NCBI RefSeq assembly: GCF_006345805.1
Contig: NW_021832564.1
Location: 35,257-99,256 of the forward strand
Source of the DNA: Octopus sinensis
Lineage: Eukaryota
DNA: 64,000 bases
Direction: 5' to 3'
The notes beneath the pieces are model-generated. The model ran no database searches, had not been told where the DNA came from, and saw only the letters and a list, made by a program, of their open reading frames with translations. A program made the position numbers and the translations under genes. Shown piece by piece: positions 62,556-64,000 of the stretch. Each line of letters opens with the position of its first letter. The first letter of the stretch is position 1.

Positions 62556-62648
62556 AGAATCTTTGACTTGGGACTGTGAGAAGATTGTTCCATTTTTCTC
62601 TTTGGCGGGGATGAGAGGGGAGGACGGCGAAGTTAGATAAACGGAATT
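62556..62648 (-). CDS. Candidate 93-nt internal exon of an unidentified host gene
   Basis: cttttatag| acceptor, |gtgagt donor, length 31 codons, two open frames (NSVYLTSPSSPLIPAKEKNGTIFSQSQVKDS or FRLSNFAVLPSHPRQREKWNNLLTVPSQRF); no recognised homology. Confidence 0.3.
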
Positions 62649-62827
62649 CTATAAAAGCTCCAAGTTTCAAATGAGTGTATTCCCATCTATGTAAATAGAT
62701 AGCTGGGTGTATATGTATGAATATAAAGTGCGTACAAGTATGTACGTATGTATAATTATGTACTTTATGTGTGCGTGTTTCTACATACATACATACATAC
62801 ATACAACATATGTATATTATATATATA

Positions 62828-62878
<51 letters not shown>

Positions 62879-64000
62879 ATATATTATATATATACATATA
62901 TATGTGTGGTGGTGTGTGTGTGTATTGTGTATGTATGTCTAGGTGTGAGTCTATGAGTGGAAGACAGACAAAAGTGCCAATTGCTGTCAGTGAAGTCCAG
63001 ATAACAAAAACAGAAGTCAGCATTGTTATACTTGGCGGAACAGCTTTGCGCAACAAAAACCCTTATCTTAACAAGAATACAAAGAGACAAGGGATAACCG
63101 TGTGCCACATTACACACGCTCGCACGCACACACAGATGCATAGATACACACATACACACACACACACACCTCCCACACTGTTTTCTTCTATATCTCTTTC
63201 TTCTTTATCGTTTCTTCTTTGATTTATTTTTCAGTGGAAGGGTAGAGGTAGCGACGGTCAATTTGAAATGAATGTGGCTGGTTTTGACGTCGACGTATAA
63301 AGACGAGCCACCATCAATTCACGATTCAATCCTCCGACAACTTGTAATACCACATACATCCATATATGTAAGTGTGCGTGTATATATATGACTATGAGTA
63401 TCTGTCTGTGTATGTGTGTGTGTGCATATGTAAACAAATTTATATAAATATATATGTGTGTGTATTTGTGTATGTGTGTATATGAATATATATATATTTG
63501 TATTTGTGTATGTGTGTATATGAATATATATGTGTATGTATTTGTGTAGGTGTGTATATGAATATATATGTGTATGTATGTATTATATAAATATATATGT
63601 GTGTGTATGTATGTATGTATGTATGTATGTATATATATATGTATGTACGTATATACAATATGTGTATTTGTGTGTTTATCGATATAAGTACATACACATG
63701 CACACGCACGTACACACGCATATACGCATACATATGTATGTATATTAATATGGCTGTCAACTTTGTAGAAGATATAGCTCAAACAGACAGCAATGGTCAA
63801 GAAATATTTTCTAAAAAATAGAACTAACAGAAAAATTAAATGTATTTGTGAAGATACATGACAAACGTTGCAACCTATGAAAATATGCCTTCATCAGCTG
63901 TGTTACTAGGGTTTATAGAAGTTTCGACGTCTGAACTGAAACAGAACTGAGCTACGAACACAGAAATGTCAGCAACTTATTCTAACTCACTTTTACTAAA

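Overview
Eukaryotic (animal) non-genic or intronic DNA. It is very rich in microsatellites and dominated by transposable elements. The repeat families resemble those I recall from octopod cephalopods; this is an inference and was not database-checked. No host protein-coding gene can be identified. Almost all ORFs in the supplied track are microsatellite artefacts or transposon fragments. Supported content: (1) at least four tRNA-derived SINE families with shuffled modules (called A, B, C, D here), about 30 copies, several with clear TSDs; (2) REL-endonuclease R4/Dong-like LINEs of five distinct sequence types, including a near full-length copy at 37721-41715; every copy that retains its 3' end terminates in an (AAT)n array, and copies are stacked in tandem; (3) a long CR1-clade APE+RT LINE (48850-51416) with local internal duplicates, an older CR1-like LINE, and three RTE 3' fragments; (4) a Penelope-like (Naiad-type) GIY-YIG fragment; (5) mariner and Tc1 transposase fragments, hAT and Tc1/mariner MITEs, and two non-autonomous Helitrons; (6) several fold-back inverted repeats. 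The most interesting signal is a set of short non-coding elements embedded in (TA)n or (TATG)n arrays that carry minimal type I hammerhead-ribozyme folds (8628, 10286, 53647, 53890, 58206). Some have a canonical core and some a variant core. They look like non-autonomous Penelope-derived or retrozyme-like elements. All alignments and mismatch counts were done by eye.
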